Of a DNA stretch of 43,254 nucleotides, positions 26,629 through 37,007 are shown piece after piece. The notes beneath the pieces are model-generated. The model was not told the origin of the DNA. It did not search any database and saw only the letters and a list, made by a program, of their open reading frames with translations. This DNA is from Candidatus Bathyarchaeota archaeon (GTDB lineage Archaea; Thermoproteota; Bathyarchaeia; 40CM-2-53-6; RBG-13-38-9): contig JAPKYM010000213.1 in the NCBI GenBank assembly GCA_026394315.1, positions 1 to 43,254 of the forward strand, in the 5' to 3' direction. Position 1 is the first letter of the stretch, and the number at the start of each line of letters is the position of its first letter. The position numbers and the translations under genes were made by a program.

Positions 26629-27045
26629 ATGTTAATGCCAAACCTTAAAGGGAGTACTGTGCACTCTTCAGATGGGAAATTCACCTTGTCTTGGCCATAC
26701 CAGAAGCCTAAGAAATGCTGGAAATGCGGTGGATACAAAATCTATGTACCAGAATTCGGCAAGTGGAGATGCCCTCAATGTGACAAAACTCGTACAGCAT
26801 ATCCTCCCCAACAATATCCTGCCCCGTCGTATCCCCAGTACGGTTATGGTCAACGTCAGCATCCAATCTATCGTGGACCACCAACTCCTGCCTATAGACA
26901 ACAATATACTCCCACCTACCAAGTAGCCCAGTCATACGCCAGTACGATGCTTGCCGGCAGCAAGCTTTGTATCTATTGCGGTGCTTCAATGAGAGAAGAT
27001 GAATTGATCTGTCCTAAGTGTATGCAAAGAGCGGTCACGGTATAG
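26629..27045 (+). CDS. Zinc-ribbon protein with P/Q/Y-rich linker
   Basis: CWKC..CPQC and CIYC..CPKC pairs flanking low-complexity YPPQQYP repeats. Confidence 0.6.
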   Translation: MLMPNLKGSTVHSSDGKFTLSWPYQKPKKCWKCGGYKIYVPEFGKWRCPQCDKTRTAYPPQQYPAPSYPQYGYGQRQHPIYRGPPTPAYRQQYTPTYQVAQSYASTMLAGSKLCIYCGASMREDELICPKCMQRAVTV

Positions 27046-27596
27046 GACAGTAAGCGGGTTATTTCTATTAGATCTATTGTTTGGGTGACCTACTCGAACG
27101 ACCCCCTCTCTCTGGAGACAGATTTCAATTCTCAGCCCCAATAGCGCGCGCTGACTTGCCAAGCCTGACATGACCTGACTCGAACTCATTAAACGATCAC
27201 TATCACACATGAATAGGTCTAGAACACCAACAACAAGAGCCTAAACCCCTACCCCCTGACAAGCGATAATATGCTAAGTCTGCAAGCACAAGCACACGCC
27301 GAGACAGTGCCAATGAGCCCATGCCCAGAGAGCACGCACACGGCGCACCCCTACCCAAACAAGTCGCACCTACACGCTCAGTCTTTTCTTGAGCCTCATT
27401 CACGAGATCCGCGTTTGTAGCGCGTGCTATACACCGTCTGACTAGATCGACTGGCCCCAGAATTTGGACTTCCACAAACGACTTCGATTGTTTTAGCGCA
27501 CGGTCTCTAGTTCTTGACCATTTGATCCAAGTAGACTCTTATGGCCCACATTTTTATTCTCAGAGCAAGAGAGATAGAACTGAGAAGTGCCAAGCA

Positions 27597-28412
27597 ATGA
27601 TCGATGACGTTAGCGTTTGCATAGTCGGAGCCGGTAAAATGGGTGAGGCTCTAATACATGGTCTAATCTCAAAGAAGGCAATCGCACCAAGCAGACTTTT
27701 TGCGGTTGACACGCTATTAGATCGATGTGAATATGTCTCAAAGAAATATGGAATAGTATGCGATACTGATGTAACCAAGCTAGCTCTCAACTCCAACGTA
27801 ATTATTATTGCTGTGAAACCGAATGATGTAGAAAGAGTTGCCGACAAGCTCAGAACACTCTTAACGTCAAAACAGCTTGTCATCACAATAGTTGCAAGGA
27901 TCTCTTCAGAATTTCTATCCAAGATTCTTGGCGGTGAAATTCCTGTGATTCGGGCTATGCCAAACATAGCTGTACTTGTAGGTGAGGGCATGATAGCCAT
28001 TTCACGAGGCCCAAATAGCTCAACCGAACACATCGCCTTGGCCGAAGAGATTTTCAGTTCAACTGGCAAAGTCGCCATCGTAGATGAGAAAGATCTAGAC
28101 GCGGTCACAGCGCTTAGTGCAAGCGGTCCGGCTTACATCTTCATGATAATAGAGGCCTTAAGCGACGGTGGAGTTACAGTTGGATTGGAAAGAGACATCT
28201 CGACTCTTTTGGCGACTCAGACAACCCTGGGAGCCGCCAAGATGATTCTTGAAACGAGGGAACATCCAGCTAAACTAAGAGATATGGTTACTACTCCTGG
28301 CGGCACTACCGTTGAAGGTTTACTAGAGCTCGAGAAGAAAAAGGTGCGTGCAGCTCTTATTGAAGCCGTAATCAAGGCGACTGAGAAGTCTCGGGGGCAA
28401 CTAACGAAATAG
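27597..28412 (+). CDS. proC: Pyrroline-5-carboxylate reductase
   Basis: GAGKMG, AVKP, RAMPN, SASGPAY, VTTPGGTT; start placed at ATG 27597. Confidence 0.96.
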   Translation: MIDDVSVCIVGAGKMGEALIHGLISKKAIAPSRLFAVDTLLDRCEYVSKKYGIVCDTDVTKLALNSNVIIIAVKPNDVERVADKLRTLLTSKQLVITIVARISSEFLSKILGGEIPVIRAMPNIAVLVGEGMIAISRGPNSSTEHIALAEEIFSSTGKVAIVDEKDLDAVTALSASGPAYIFMIIEALSDGGVTVGLERDISTLLATQTTLGAAKMILETREHPAKLRDMVTTPGGTTVEGLLELEKKKVRAALIEAVIKATEKSRGQLTK

Positions 28413-28431
28413 AAGATAGAACTGAAAAGAA

Positions 28432-29859
28432 ATGGAAAAGATTGGCATACTAGTGGTCAGTTACGGATCAAGGGACTCAGCAATTATCGATGCTCTAGCT
28501 CGAAGTGAAGAATACGTACCAGAGCTCTATATTGCTGATAAACAGAATAATCCTTTCAACCTCGAGAAAGCGAGTTGCGGCGGGGCGCACGCTGTTATCC
28601 CAGAACTCTCAATTGAGAAAATCTGCGACTTCGCCGAAAGGCATAGGAACAGAATTCGCTTTGGCATAGTCGGCTCCGAAGGCCCGATAATCCAAGGGAT
28701 TAGAGACCTGATTGAAAAAAGGATAAAAATACCAATTATCTGCCCCACAAAGCGGTATGCTATTGAAGGAAGTAAAGTCCGTCAACGTAACATGCTTCAA
28801 CTGTGCTCCCCCAAATCAAATCCCCTTTTCAAGGTCTTTGATCCGGTTGACTTAGGGCCCGACCCAAAGACTCAGTTCAAAGATTGGTTGCTCGAACTCG
28901 GGGGCCCAGAAAATGCAGTCATAAAACCGGATAGACCTGGCTTCGGCAAAGGTGTCGGCGTTGGTGGTGAACACTTCAATTCAGTTGAGGAGGCGTACAA
29001 CCACTTCTGGTCAATCTACGGAGGCAATTCTGAGAGAGTCGTAATTGAACAGAAGATAGAAGGCGAGGAATCGAGCTACCAAGCTTTCTGTGATGGAAAA
29101 CATCTGATCACTCTTCCCGAAACACGTGACTACAAGAGGGCTTTCCAAGATGACTACGGACCTAACACAGGCGGAATGGGTTCCTATAAGGGCGAAAATG
29201 AGCTCCTTCCTTTCATGAAACCCTCAGACAGAGAAGAAGAAATCAAGATAGTCAACAACATCTTTAGACATCTTGCTGAGGGCGGAAATAATCCTGAGTT
29301 GAGAGGAATTCCTTTCTATGTAGCATTCATGCACTCTGCTAACGGACCCAAGATCCTAGAGATAAACAGTCGACCTGGAGATCCAGAGATAATAAACATC
29401 CTGCCAATAATTAACCAAGATTTTGTCGAACTCTGCTTGAACATGATTGATCAAGAGCTTTATTCAGTGAAATTCAAGCCCGTATCAAGCGTCGTGACCT
29501 ATAAGGTTCCTCCAGCCTACGGCGGATATGCACAGCAGTTCCCCAGTGAGGTGAGTAGAGAAGAAGTTGGGGCACCTCTTAACCTACAAGACGGATATGA
29601 ATTTGCACATAGGAATTCTGACAATTTAAGACTCTATCCAGGCTCCATGGAACTTAGGTCTGATGGCAAGATCTACTCGCTCTCATCCAGAACCATCTGC
29701 TCAGTTGGAATAGCAGGGACAACAGATGAAGCTAGGAAATTCTCACTATTGGGCATAGAAAAGATACATGGAGGAGGACTATGGTACCGAAGCGACATAG
29801 CCTCGAGGAAACACATCAACAGAAGTATTGAGCACATGAATCGGTTGAGGTCTAAGTGA
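28432..29859 (+). CDS. purD: Phosphoribosylamine-glycine ligase (divergent archaeal type)
   Basis: IEGSK, VIKPD....GKGV, GEESS, DYKRA...D.GPNTGGMG, LEINSRPGDPE. Confidence 0.88.
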   Translation: MEKIGILVVSYGSRDSAIIDALARSEEYVPELYIADKQNNPFNLEKASCGGAHAVIPELSIEKICDFAERHRNRIRFGIVGSEGPIIQGIRDLIEKRIKIPIICPTKRYAIEGSKVRQRNMLQLCSPKSNPLFKVFDPVDLGPDPKTQFKDWLLELGGPENAVIKPDRPGFGKGVGVGGEHFNSVEEAYNHFWSIYGGNSERVVIEQKIEGEESSYQAFCDGKHLITLPETRDYKRAFQDDYGPNTGGMGSYKGENELLPFMKPSDREEEIKIVNNIFRHLAEGGNNPELRGIPFYVAFMHSANGPKILEINSRPGDPEIINILPIINQDFVELCLNMIDQELYSVKFKPVSSVVTYKVPPAYGGYAQQFPSEVSREEVGAPLNLQDGYEFAHRNSDNLRLYPGSMELRSDGKIYSLSSRTICSVGIAGTTDEARKFSLLGIEKIHGGGLWYRSDIASRKHINRSIEHMNRLRSK

Positions 29860-30935
29860 GCAGGATCTTCATAACGGACTGTGAAGGCCCAATCTCAAAA
29901 AACGACAACGCATTTGAACTATTGGAGAGACTGATCCCAGATGGAGCTAGGCTTTTCTCACTAATCAGCAAATATGACGATATTCAAGTCGAAATCGTGA
30001 GGAGGCAGCACTATAAACCTGGAGATACGTTAAGACTCATACTTCCATTCCTCAAAGCATACGGCGCAACAGATGCGCTCTTCAGGAGTATCTCAGAAGA
30101 GACCCTTAGGCTTGTTCCAGGGGCGCGAGAGACCTTAGGCTTGGTCAGCAAAGTTATGCCTTCTTTCATAGTGAGCACTAGCTACGAGCATTACATTGAA
30201 TCCTTATGCCAACTCATAGGATTTCCCAAGAGTAATACTTACTCGACGAAGCTTAATCTAGATTCCTTCAAGATTCCAGACTGGGAAATTGAAAGAGTCA
30301 AAACGTGGGCTGACAAGCTAACCAAGCTCTCGCCGCCAAGAATACCTCCCAAAGCACGTTCTATTCAGGACTTTGACAAACAAGATCGAGAAAACATAGA
30401 ATTCCTCGATCAGATCATCTGGCACGAAATACATGGAATGACCATTGGCAGAATCATTACAATCGTTAAACCTGTTGGCGGAGCAGAGAAAGTTGAAGCA
30501 GTTAAGGACATACTCCGAAGACACAACAGTGATCTTAAACAGACAGTCTACTTCGGCGATAGTATAACTGACTCTGAACCACTCAAGTACGTTAGAGAGG
30601 GTGAAGGCCTCGCCGTATCCTTCAACGGCAACGAATACGCAATAAGGCAAGCTGAGCTGGCAATTCTGTCAGGTGATACCCTGGCTACAACTATTATTGC
30701 TTTGATCTTCAACAAAGGAGGAAAAGAAGCTGTGAGGCAACTTGTTGCCAGTTGGGATTACGACCAAATTGAGAAGACTTTGGGAACACAGCTTAGAATA
30801 AAGGCAGAAGAGGTCTACCACGCAGGTCTACCACAAGTCGAAATAGTTGCGGAGAACAACATAGAAAGATTGACAAAAGAGAGTTCCCTTTTCAGAAAGC
30901 AAGTTAGAGGAGAGGCTATAGGCAGTCTTGGATAA
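29856..30935 (+). CDS. HAD-superfamily hydrolase of the EhaR-like type
   Basis: Motif I TDCEGPIS.NDNA.EL, VSTSY, K, GDSITD, SFNGN.YA; GTGA overlap with purD. Confidence 0.85.
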   Translation: MSRIFITDCEGPISKNDNAFELLERLIPDGARLFSLISKYDDIQVEIVRRQHYKPGDTLRLILPFLKAYGATDALFRSISEETLRLVPGARETLGLVSKVMPSFIVSTSYEHYIESLCQLIGFPKSNTYSTKLNLDSFKIPDWEIERVKTWADKLTKLSPPRIPPKARSIQDFDKQDRENIEFLDQIIWHEIHGMTIGRIITIVKPVGGAEKVEAVKDILRRHNSDLKQTVYFGDSITDSEPLKYVREGEGLAVSFNGNEYAIRQAELAILSGDTLATTIIALIFNKGGKEAVRQLVASWDYDQIEKTLGTQLRIKAEEVYHAGLPQVEIVAENNIERLTKESSLFRKQVRGEAIGSLG

Positions 30936-30958
30936 TTGAGCAATATGGTGGCAATATC

Positions 30959-31867
30959 ATGGGAATTGAGAAAGTAGAAGGTACTTATGCAGAAGCCTTT
31001 GAGGGCATCTTTGCCAGGCTAATTATCACTTCTGATGATGAAGAGACTCTGAAGGCTGCTGCTGAGGACTCAACAAGTACGCCATCTATTGTAATCGGCA
31101 GAGTCGAGGGAGGTTATGAGAAGCGAATCAAGCATAGTGAGACTCCTGATGGCCGCAATGGTGTGATCGTTCAGTTTTGGGGCGGCATAGACTCGTCAAA
31201 GCCGCTACAGGATTCCGTCAAAAGGTTCGAGATCGAGCTTTCTTACAGAATAAGGCAGGACATACTTGTAAAACCCTTCACAGCAGTATACAATGCCCTC
31301 AACGGCGCGGTAGGACAGATCGATACCATGGAAAGGATCGGCCATTGTGGTGATGGCTTCGAATGGGAGGAGGACCTCAAAGGTAGAAGAATCATAAACG
31401 TCCCAATAATGGTGCCTGACTTCCGCATTGAAAGATATCTCGGCTATGGCTTGGGCGTTATGGGAGGCAACTTCTGGTACATGTGCAAAACCAAGAAAGC
31501 TGTCTTTGAAGCCGGAAGAAGAGCCTTAGAGGCAATTCACCAAATAGATGGTGCGGTAACACCATTCGATATTTGCTCAGCAGGTTCCAAACCAGAGACA
31601 AAGTTCCCATGGATTGGCCCCACAACCAATGAAGCATATTGCCCCTCACTTAGGGATAAGCTCGGAACACGCTCAAAGATCCCTGAAGGAGTCGAATACA
31701 TTCCAGAAATCGTCATAAACGGCGTCTCACTCGCAGTAGTATCTGAAGCCATGAGAGCAGGCATAGAGAGCATATGGGATCTACCTGAAGTTTCTTGGAT
31801 ATCTGCTGGAAACTACGGTGGAAAACTCGGTAGATACCGAGTGCGTCTAAAGGAGCTATTTGGTTGA
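30959..31867 (+). CDS. Ftr-like formyltransferase (paralog 2, EhaS/FtrII-like)
   Basis: TYAEAF, ETPDGR.G, GGNF, TN..YCP, EIVING, SAGNYGGKLG. Has RIRQDILVKPFT where canonical Ftr has RIGQCVLTCPTT. Confidence 0.85.
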   Translation: MGIEKVEGTYAEAFEGIFARLIITSDDEETLKAAAEDSTSTPSIVIGRVEGGYEKRIKHSETPDGRNGVIVQFWGGIDSSKPLQDSVKRFEIELSYRIRQDILVKPFTAVYNALNGAVGQIDTMERIGHCGDGFEWEEDLKGRRIINVPIMVPDFRIERYLGYGLGVMGGNFWYMCKTKKAVFEAGRRALEAIHQIDGAVTPFDICSAGSKPETKFPWIGPTTNEAYCPSLRDKLGTRSKIPEGVEYIPEIVINGVSLAVVSEAMRAGIESIWDLPEVSWISAGNYGGKLGRYRVRLKELFG

Positions 31868-32766
31868 GACCAGACATTGTAGGTTTCGGAGCGCTTAATC
31901 TTGACAAACTCTACAGAGTAAGTAGGATAGCTGAAGCTGGGGACGAAACTTTCGTAAAAGGCTTAACCATCTCACCTGGAGGTTCAGCTGCAAACACAGT
32001 AGTGGGTTTGTCTCGTCTAGGAGTGCGAACAGGATACATCGGCAAGTTGGCCAGAGATATCGAAGGAGACTACCTTCTAAAGGATCTTCAGAGAGAAAAA
32101 GTGGAAATAAGCGGGATCAAACACTCTAAGCATGGAAGGACCGGTGTTTGCATAGGTTTCATAGACGACCTCGGCGAAAGAGTACTCTACATCGACCCCG
32201 GCGTCAACGACTCCTTGAAATTTGACGAGATAAGGCTTGAATATGCAGACTCATCAAAATTCCTTCATCTTACATCCTTTGTTGGTGGGGCTCCCTTTGA
32301 CGCACAGAAGCGATTGGTCAGGAATCTACGAAGAGCAGAAATTTGCTTAGATCCTGGTGAACTGTATTCAAAGAAAGGAATCAGCGTTCTTAGTCCTCTC
32401 CTGAAAAGGACACTAGCCATCTTGCCAAATGAAAAAGAGATCAGAGCGCTTACAAAGAGGGGGTACAAAGAAGGTTCACGAACTCTTCTTTCCCTGGGAG
32501 TAGAACTCGTCGCAGTAAAACTGGGCAAAAGAGGATGCTACGTTACTGATGCAAAAGAGAGCCACTTGATTCCGGCGTCCAAAATTGCACCAAAGGACAC
32601 GACAGGAGCCGGTGACGCATTCTGTGCTGGATTCATCTACGGATTACTACATGGTAAGGATCTCTACGCTTGCGGAAAGCTGGGAAATCTTGTAGCCTCA
32701 CGATGTATAGAAGAGTACGGAGCCAGAACAGGATTACCATTATTGGCCGATCTACCGCGAATCTGA
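31864..32766 (+). CDS. PfkB/ribokinase-family kinase (EhaT-like)
   Basis: PGGSAAN, PNEKE, VKLGKRG, DTTGAGDAF; TTGA overlap with the upstream gene. Confidence 0.92.
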   Translation: MRPDIVGFGALNLDKLYRVSRIAEAGDETFVKGLTISPGGSAANTVVGLSRLGVRTGYIGKLARDIEGDYLLKDLQREKVEISGIKHSKHGRTGVCIGFIDDLGERVLYIDPGVNDSLKFDEIRLEYADSSKFLHLTSFVGGAPFDAQKRLVRNLRRAEICLDPGELYSKKGISVLSPLLKRTLAILPNEKEIRALTKRGYKEGSRTLLSLGVELVAVKLGKRGCYVTDAKESHLIPASKIAPKDTTGAGDAFCAGFIYGLLHGKDLYACGKLGNLVASRCIEEYGARTGLPLLADLPRI

Positions 32767-32855
32767 GCGAGTCCATAACACCCAGATTTAGAGACCAGCA
32801 ATCATTGATAGAGAAGAATTGGCAGATATTGATTACTCATATGTTCTGAGAAAAC

Positions 32856-33725
32856 CTAGATCATCTCATCCTCATTCTTGCGGAAATTTCTTCTGGTGAT
32901 TCTTATCCTGACATAAAGCAGGATTACAGCAGAAACGATTATCAAAGCAAGTACTATTGGCACTAGATTCCTTATTATGAGGGACTCTTTCCAGCTTGTT
33001 CTTTCAGCCTCATTTTGTGTTACTTCCTCAAAGAGAATCGTCAGTGTGCTATTGCCATTGATCGTAAGGGTCAGAAGTCTGTCTTGTCTCATATATTGGG
33101 TGCTATTCCCATCCAAACTGGATAAGATCAAACCCTTTCTCACGAATTGTCTCGTACCGATTCTTGACTCACTTGTATAGGCTTCTAATGTGTGCTTACC
33201 TACGCGAGTCTGTAGTGTGAGAGGCTTACCTTCTATTTTATACTTGGTGTTGTCAAAGAAGATGACAGTTGGAACCTCCAATGGTGACGTCTGTATCGTT
33301 AGCCTCGTGAAATCTGAAACTATTATGCAAATTGAAATTGCGTCCGAGTACGATCCTCCCCTCGCTGTAATGACTATTGACTGCTCACCCGTGGATGCTG
33401 CCGATGTTGCTCGCACGGTTACAGGGCAATAAGTCCCACCGTCTGTGGAATTCAAAAATATAGGTGAACGCAACTCGACCGTAACCTCTCCGGGAACAAC
33501 AGTGTCGAAGTCCACTCGTCCTCTGTAGCCAAGAGACCTTATCGAGAACAGAAACTTGGAATCGTACCCGGCTCCCACACTGAAACAATGCGTTGGCCCC
33601 GTTAGGTAAAAACCCTCAGTTGACCTACCTGACGCCTCATGACTAGACTGTACGCTCTGAAAGGTAAACATCAGAAACCATAGTACAAGAAGCCCAGTCT
33701 TGTTTGTGCTCAAATCTGTTCGCAT
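32856..33725 (-). CDS. Secreted, C-terminally anchored beta-rich surface protein
   Basis: Signal peptide, Ig-like strand pattern, C-terminal TM helix and basic tail. Confidence 0.65.
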   Translation of the reverse strand: MRTDLSTNKTGLLVLWFLMFTFQSVQSSHEASGRSTEGFYLTGPTHCFSVGAGYDSKFLFSIRSLGYRGRVDFDTVVPGEVTVELRSPIFLNSTDGGTYCPVTVRATSAASTGEQSIVITARGGSYSDAISICIIVSDFTRLTIQTSPLEVPTVIFFDNTKYKIEGKPLTLQTRVGKHTLEAYTSESRIGTRQFVRKGLILSSLDGNSTQYMRQDRLLTLTINGNSTLTILFEEVTQNEAERTSWKESLIIRNLVPIVLALIIVSAVILLYVRIRITRRNFRKNEDEMI

Positions 33726-34090
33726 CCTGTTACTATACAGTCTTCAGTCACTGTAACCCACTCATTCCTTCACTCATAGGACGCAAAAGCCAAGGTTGCT
33801 ACATCACCCAACAGTTGAGTCCCCTGTAATTCCAGAGATCATCCGATTCAGTAAAGTCTCGAATTACGACTGAAATCAAATGACTATTAATTGTATTGGT
33901 TCATCCGTCCAACCGCATCTTCGGTTCGATTTTTCCGAAATTGAAGTTTGTTACCCGCAGAAATTATAGAAACCGTAGACCGAACGTCTGCGAGTATTTC
34001 TAGGAAGACTTCAAAGCGTTTATTAAAAAGGCAAGAGATAGAGACACTAGATAGCGCACGACTTGACCTGAGGAGATGCAGAGTTTAGTT

Positions 34091-34696
34091 ATGAAAATAA
34101 CACCAAAAGATCAAATCAAACCTAAAGGATTGAAAGGAATATCAGACCAGCAACTTGAGTATCATTTTGAAACACATTACAAAGGATATGTCAACAAGAT
34201 CAATGAGATATGGGACAAGCAACAGACAACCGATCGTAGCAAGGCAAACCAGAACTTTAGTGATTTTAGGGAACTGAAGGTTGAAGAAAGCTTCAACTGG
34301 ATGGGGGCAGTCCTTCATGAACTATACTTTGAAAATATAAAGGATGGCCAAGGGACACAACGTGGAACAAAGCTAAATCAAATGATCGAGGAGAGCTTCG
34401 GTTCTTTCGAGAAGTGGAAGGAAGATTTCAAAGCATGTGGAGTGGCCCTTAGGGGTTGGGCGATTCTCGTATACGATCTATCAAGTAATAGGCTCATGAA
34501 CAATGGTCTAGATGCCCACAATTCCTACGGATTCTTGAATGCAATTCCGTTGCTTGTCTTAGACGTTTATGAGCATGCCTACTACACAGATTACGGACCA
34601 AAGCGGGCATCATATATTGATGCATTCTTTGAAAACATCAACTGGAACGTGGTGAATGGTAGATTAGTCACTACCCTAAAATCTGCCTCTCCCTGA
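34091..34696 (+). CDS. sod: Fe/Mn superoxide dismutase
   Basis: H...HY.GYV, LHELYFEN, DVYEHAYY metal ligands; start 34091 or 34076. Confidence 0.93.
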   Translation: MKITPKDQIKPKGLKGISDQQLEYHFETHYKGYVNKINEIWDKQQTTDRSKANQNFSDFRELKVEESFNWMGAVLHELYFENIKDGQGTQRGTKLNQMIEESFGSFEKWKEDFKACGVALRGWAILVYDLSSNRLMNNGLDAHNSYGFLNAIPLLVLDVYEHAYYTDYGPKRASYIDAFFENINWNVVNGRLVTTLKSASP

Positions 34697-34849
34697 GACA
34701 CTCAACATAACGACCAGCTGGTATCTTGACCCCCATCTCATAGCACACCCGTATCCTTCAATACTTATCTGCCGTATAGAAGAGTACCCTACGGATCATT
34801 ATGGGCTGGTCCATACATAGTCTTGAAGGTGGATGGAGACGTAGCCTTT

Positions 34850-35188
34850 TCAATTACTTGGTTTTTCTTGTCCTATCTTTATCTCGACACCAACCGTTTT
34901 CTTAACCAAGTCAGCAAGCTGGTCTGCTTGGGGTTCCTTGCCTTGCTTCCCGGCGATAGACACTATTAGTGGATACTCTCTTCCTCTCCGAACTCTAATG
35001 AGGGTAGGTTTCAGCCATTCGCTTACCTCCTCTGTGATGAATATTATTGATGTCTCCTGATTCCGAAGTAGTTCGATTAGTCTTTCCTCTGCCTCCTTTA
35101 CATTGTCCGCTGGGTAACTGTTGCAAATTCCTGTTATCTTGAAATATGTGGCTGTTTCTCTGTCAGCTATGACTCCTATAGTAGCCAT
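34850..35188 (-). CDS. atpF: A/V-type ATP synthase subunit F
   Basis: IGVIADRETATYF..TG, IIFITE, P.IV.I, VKKTVGVEI. Confidence 0.85.
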   Translation of the reverse strand: MATIGVIADRETATYFKITGICNSYPADNVKEAEERLIELLRNQETSIIFITEEVSEWLKPTLIRVRRGREYPLIVSIAGKQGKEPQADQLADLVKKTVGVEIKIGQEKPSN

Positions 35189-35283
35189 TTTCCCCTACCA
35201 ACTCGTGCCTCTCACGACAAGAAAGAGCGAACCAATATGTCTCTTGTCCTACTAATTCTTCTTTCACCTTACAGGAGTGTAAT

Positions 35284-35757
35284 CTAGAATTGCTTGAGTA
35301 TATCCTTTTTCTCCATGGTTCGATTGCAGTAATGGCAACGGAGACGTATGGGTTCCACTTCTTGAACGTGAAAGAGTGAACTTACAGGCTCTTTGGAGTT
35401 TGATATACAAACGGGATTCCCACACTTGATTATTCCGGTAATATCTCTGGGCAGGCTGACCTTTTTCTTTTCCACAACATCATACTCATGAATTATGTTT
35501 ATTGTTGCCTTAGGCGATATTAGAGCAATCTTGTCTACATCTTCGGGCTTGAGTTCCCCACCCTCAATCTTCACTATGTCTTTCTTTCCAATGTGTTTGC
35601 TCGGGACATTTATGACTACGCCTACAGTATTGGTTTCTTTACCGGTTACGTTGAGTATTTTCAGTACGTCCAAGGCGTATCCAGCCGATATGTGATCTAT
35701 CACAGTCCCGTTTCTGATCTTTTTGACGTATAGTTCAGCCTTACCGACTTGTGACAT
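35284..35757 (-). CDS. pyrI: Aspartate carbamoyltransferase regulatory chain
   Basis: IRNGTVIDHI, KKDIVKIE, CGNPVCIS, CHYC. Confidence 0.97.
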   Translation of the reverse strand: MSQVGKAELYVKKIRNGTVIDHISAGYALDVLKILNVTGKETNTVGVVINVPSKHIGKKDIVKIEGGELKPEDVDKIALISPKATINIIHEYDVVEKKKVSLPRDITGIIKCGNPVCISNSKEPVSSLFHVQEVEPIRLRCHYCNRTMEKKDILKQF

Positions 35758-35828
35758 AGATCCTCACTGATAGAATTCGGTGGAGAACATATTTGACAAT
35801 AACTCATTAGATTAGTCTGCTGGATAAT

Positions 35829-37007
35829 CTAGCTCGTTGGCTGGTTCTCATCTTGATACCTTTCCAGCTTGTCCCTGCCACGGGCGTGGGAGAGATAATA
35901 TGATATTATTTGGGTCATTTTCTCTCCTTCAACAAGAAAAGCGTCGTGACCATAGGTTGAGGGTAACTCGTAGTAAACCACGTCTTTGTTTGCCCCCCGC
36001 AGAGCGTTCACCAGCTCTTCAGACTCTAATGGTGGATACAACCAGTCTGAACTGAAGGAGATCACTAGAAACTTCCCCTTTGTTACTGTCAATGCTTCTT
36101 CAAGTGAGCTATATCCATTCGTTATGTCAAAATAGTCAATTGCTTTAGAAATGTAGAGGTAGGAATTTGCGTCAAACCTTTTTGTGAACGTTTCGCCTTT
36201 GTAATGGATGTAACTTTCAACCTGAAACTCAGGTTTGAGACTGAAACTAAGCCTATCTCTTTCCTGCAACCTCCGGCCGAATCTTATCCGAAGGGTTTTG
36301 TCACTTAGATATGTTATGTGACCGATCATTCTAGCTACAGATAAGCCATCAGTGGGAGGCGCCCTACTTCCATAGTAGTTACCGCGTTGCCACTTGGGAT
36401 CGCTCATGATTGCCCTCCGACCTACTTCATTCAAAGCGATGTTCTGAGGTGACTGCCGAGCTGCTGTAGCGATAGGTATACAGAGAGCCGCCCGCTCAGG
36501 ATATGTAACTGTCCATTGAAGAGCTTGCATTCCAGCCATAGATCCTCCAACTACTGCAAGCAACTGATCTATTCCAAGATAATCGATCAGTTCTCTCTGA
36601 GCCTTCACCATGTCCTTTAAGGTAACCATCGGGAAGCCTAGGGCGTATGGTTTCCCAGTCTTCGGGTTAGTTGAACTAGGTCCTGTAGAGCCTCTGCACC
36701 CACCTATAACATTAGAACAAATTACAAAGTACCTGTCGGTATCGAAGGCTTTCCCAGGACCAATCATATTGTCCCACCATCCAGGTTTGGGATCATTCTT
36801 GTGGTGTTTACCAGCAACATGAGCGTCTCCGGAAAGGGCGTGGAAGACTAGTATGGCGTTGCGTCTGTCTGAGTCGAGTTTTCCATAGGTTTCATACGCC
36901 AAGGTTATGGGGCCGAGCTTTCTTCCACTATCAAGCAGCATTTTGTTTGGTGAATTCGCAAAAGTGAAAGTTTGAGTCTTGACTATTCCTACTGATCCTG
37001 CTTCCAT
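35829..37007 (-). CDS. metX: Homoserine O-acetyltransferase
   Basis: [23 protein letters not shown] nucleophile elbow, RFDANSY, SDWLY, GHDAFL. Confidence 0.95.
   Translation of the reverse strand: MEAGSVGIVKTQTFTFANSPNKMLLDSGRKLGPITLAYETYGKLDSDRRNAILVFHALSGDAHVAGKHHKNDPKPGWWDNMIGPGKAFDTDRYFVICSNVIGGCRGSTGPSSTNPKTGKPYALGFPMVTLKDMVKAQRELIDYLGIDQLLAVVGGSMAGMQALQWTVTYPERAALCIPIATAARQSPQNIALNEVGRRAIMSDPKWQRGNYYGSRAPPTDGLSVARMIGHITYLSDKTLRIRFGRRLQERDRLSFSLKPEFQVESYIHYKGETFTKRFDANSYLYISKAIDYFDITNGYSSLEEALTVTKGKFLVISFSSDWLYPPLESEELVNALRGANKDVVYYELPSTYGHDAFLVEGEKMTQIISYYLSHARGRDKLERYQDENQPTS

Noticed and set aside
29856..30935. Energy-converting hydrogenase locus
   Set aside because: Only the EhaR-like HAD family is present; no hydrogenase or antiporter-like subunits in the window.
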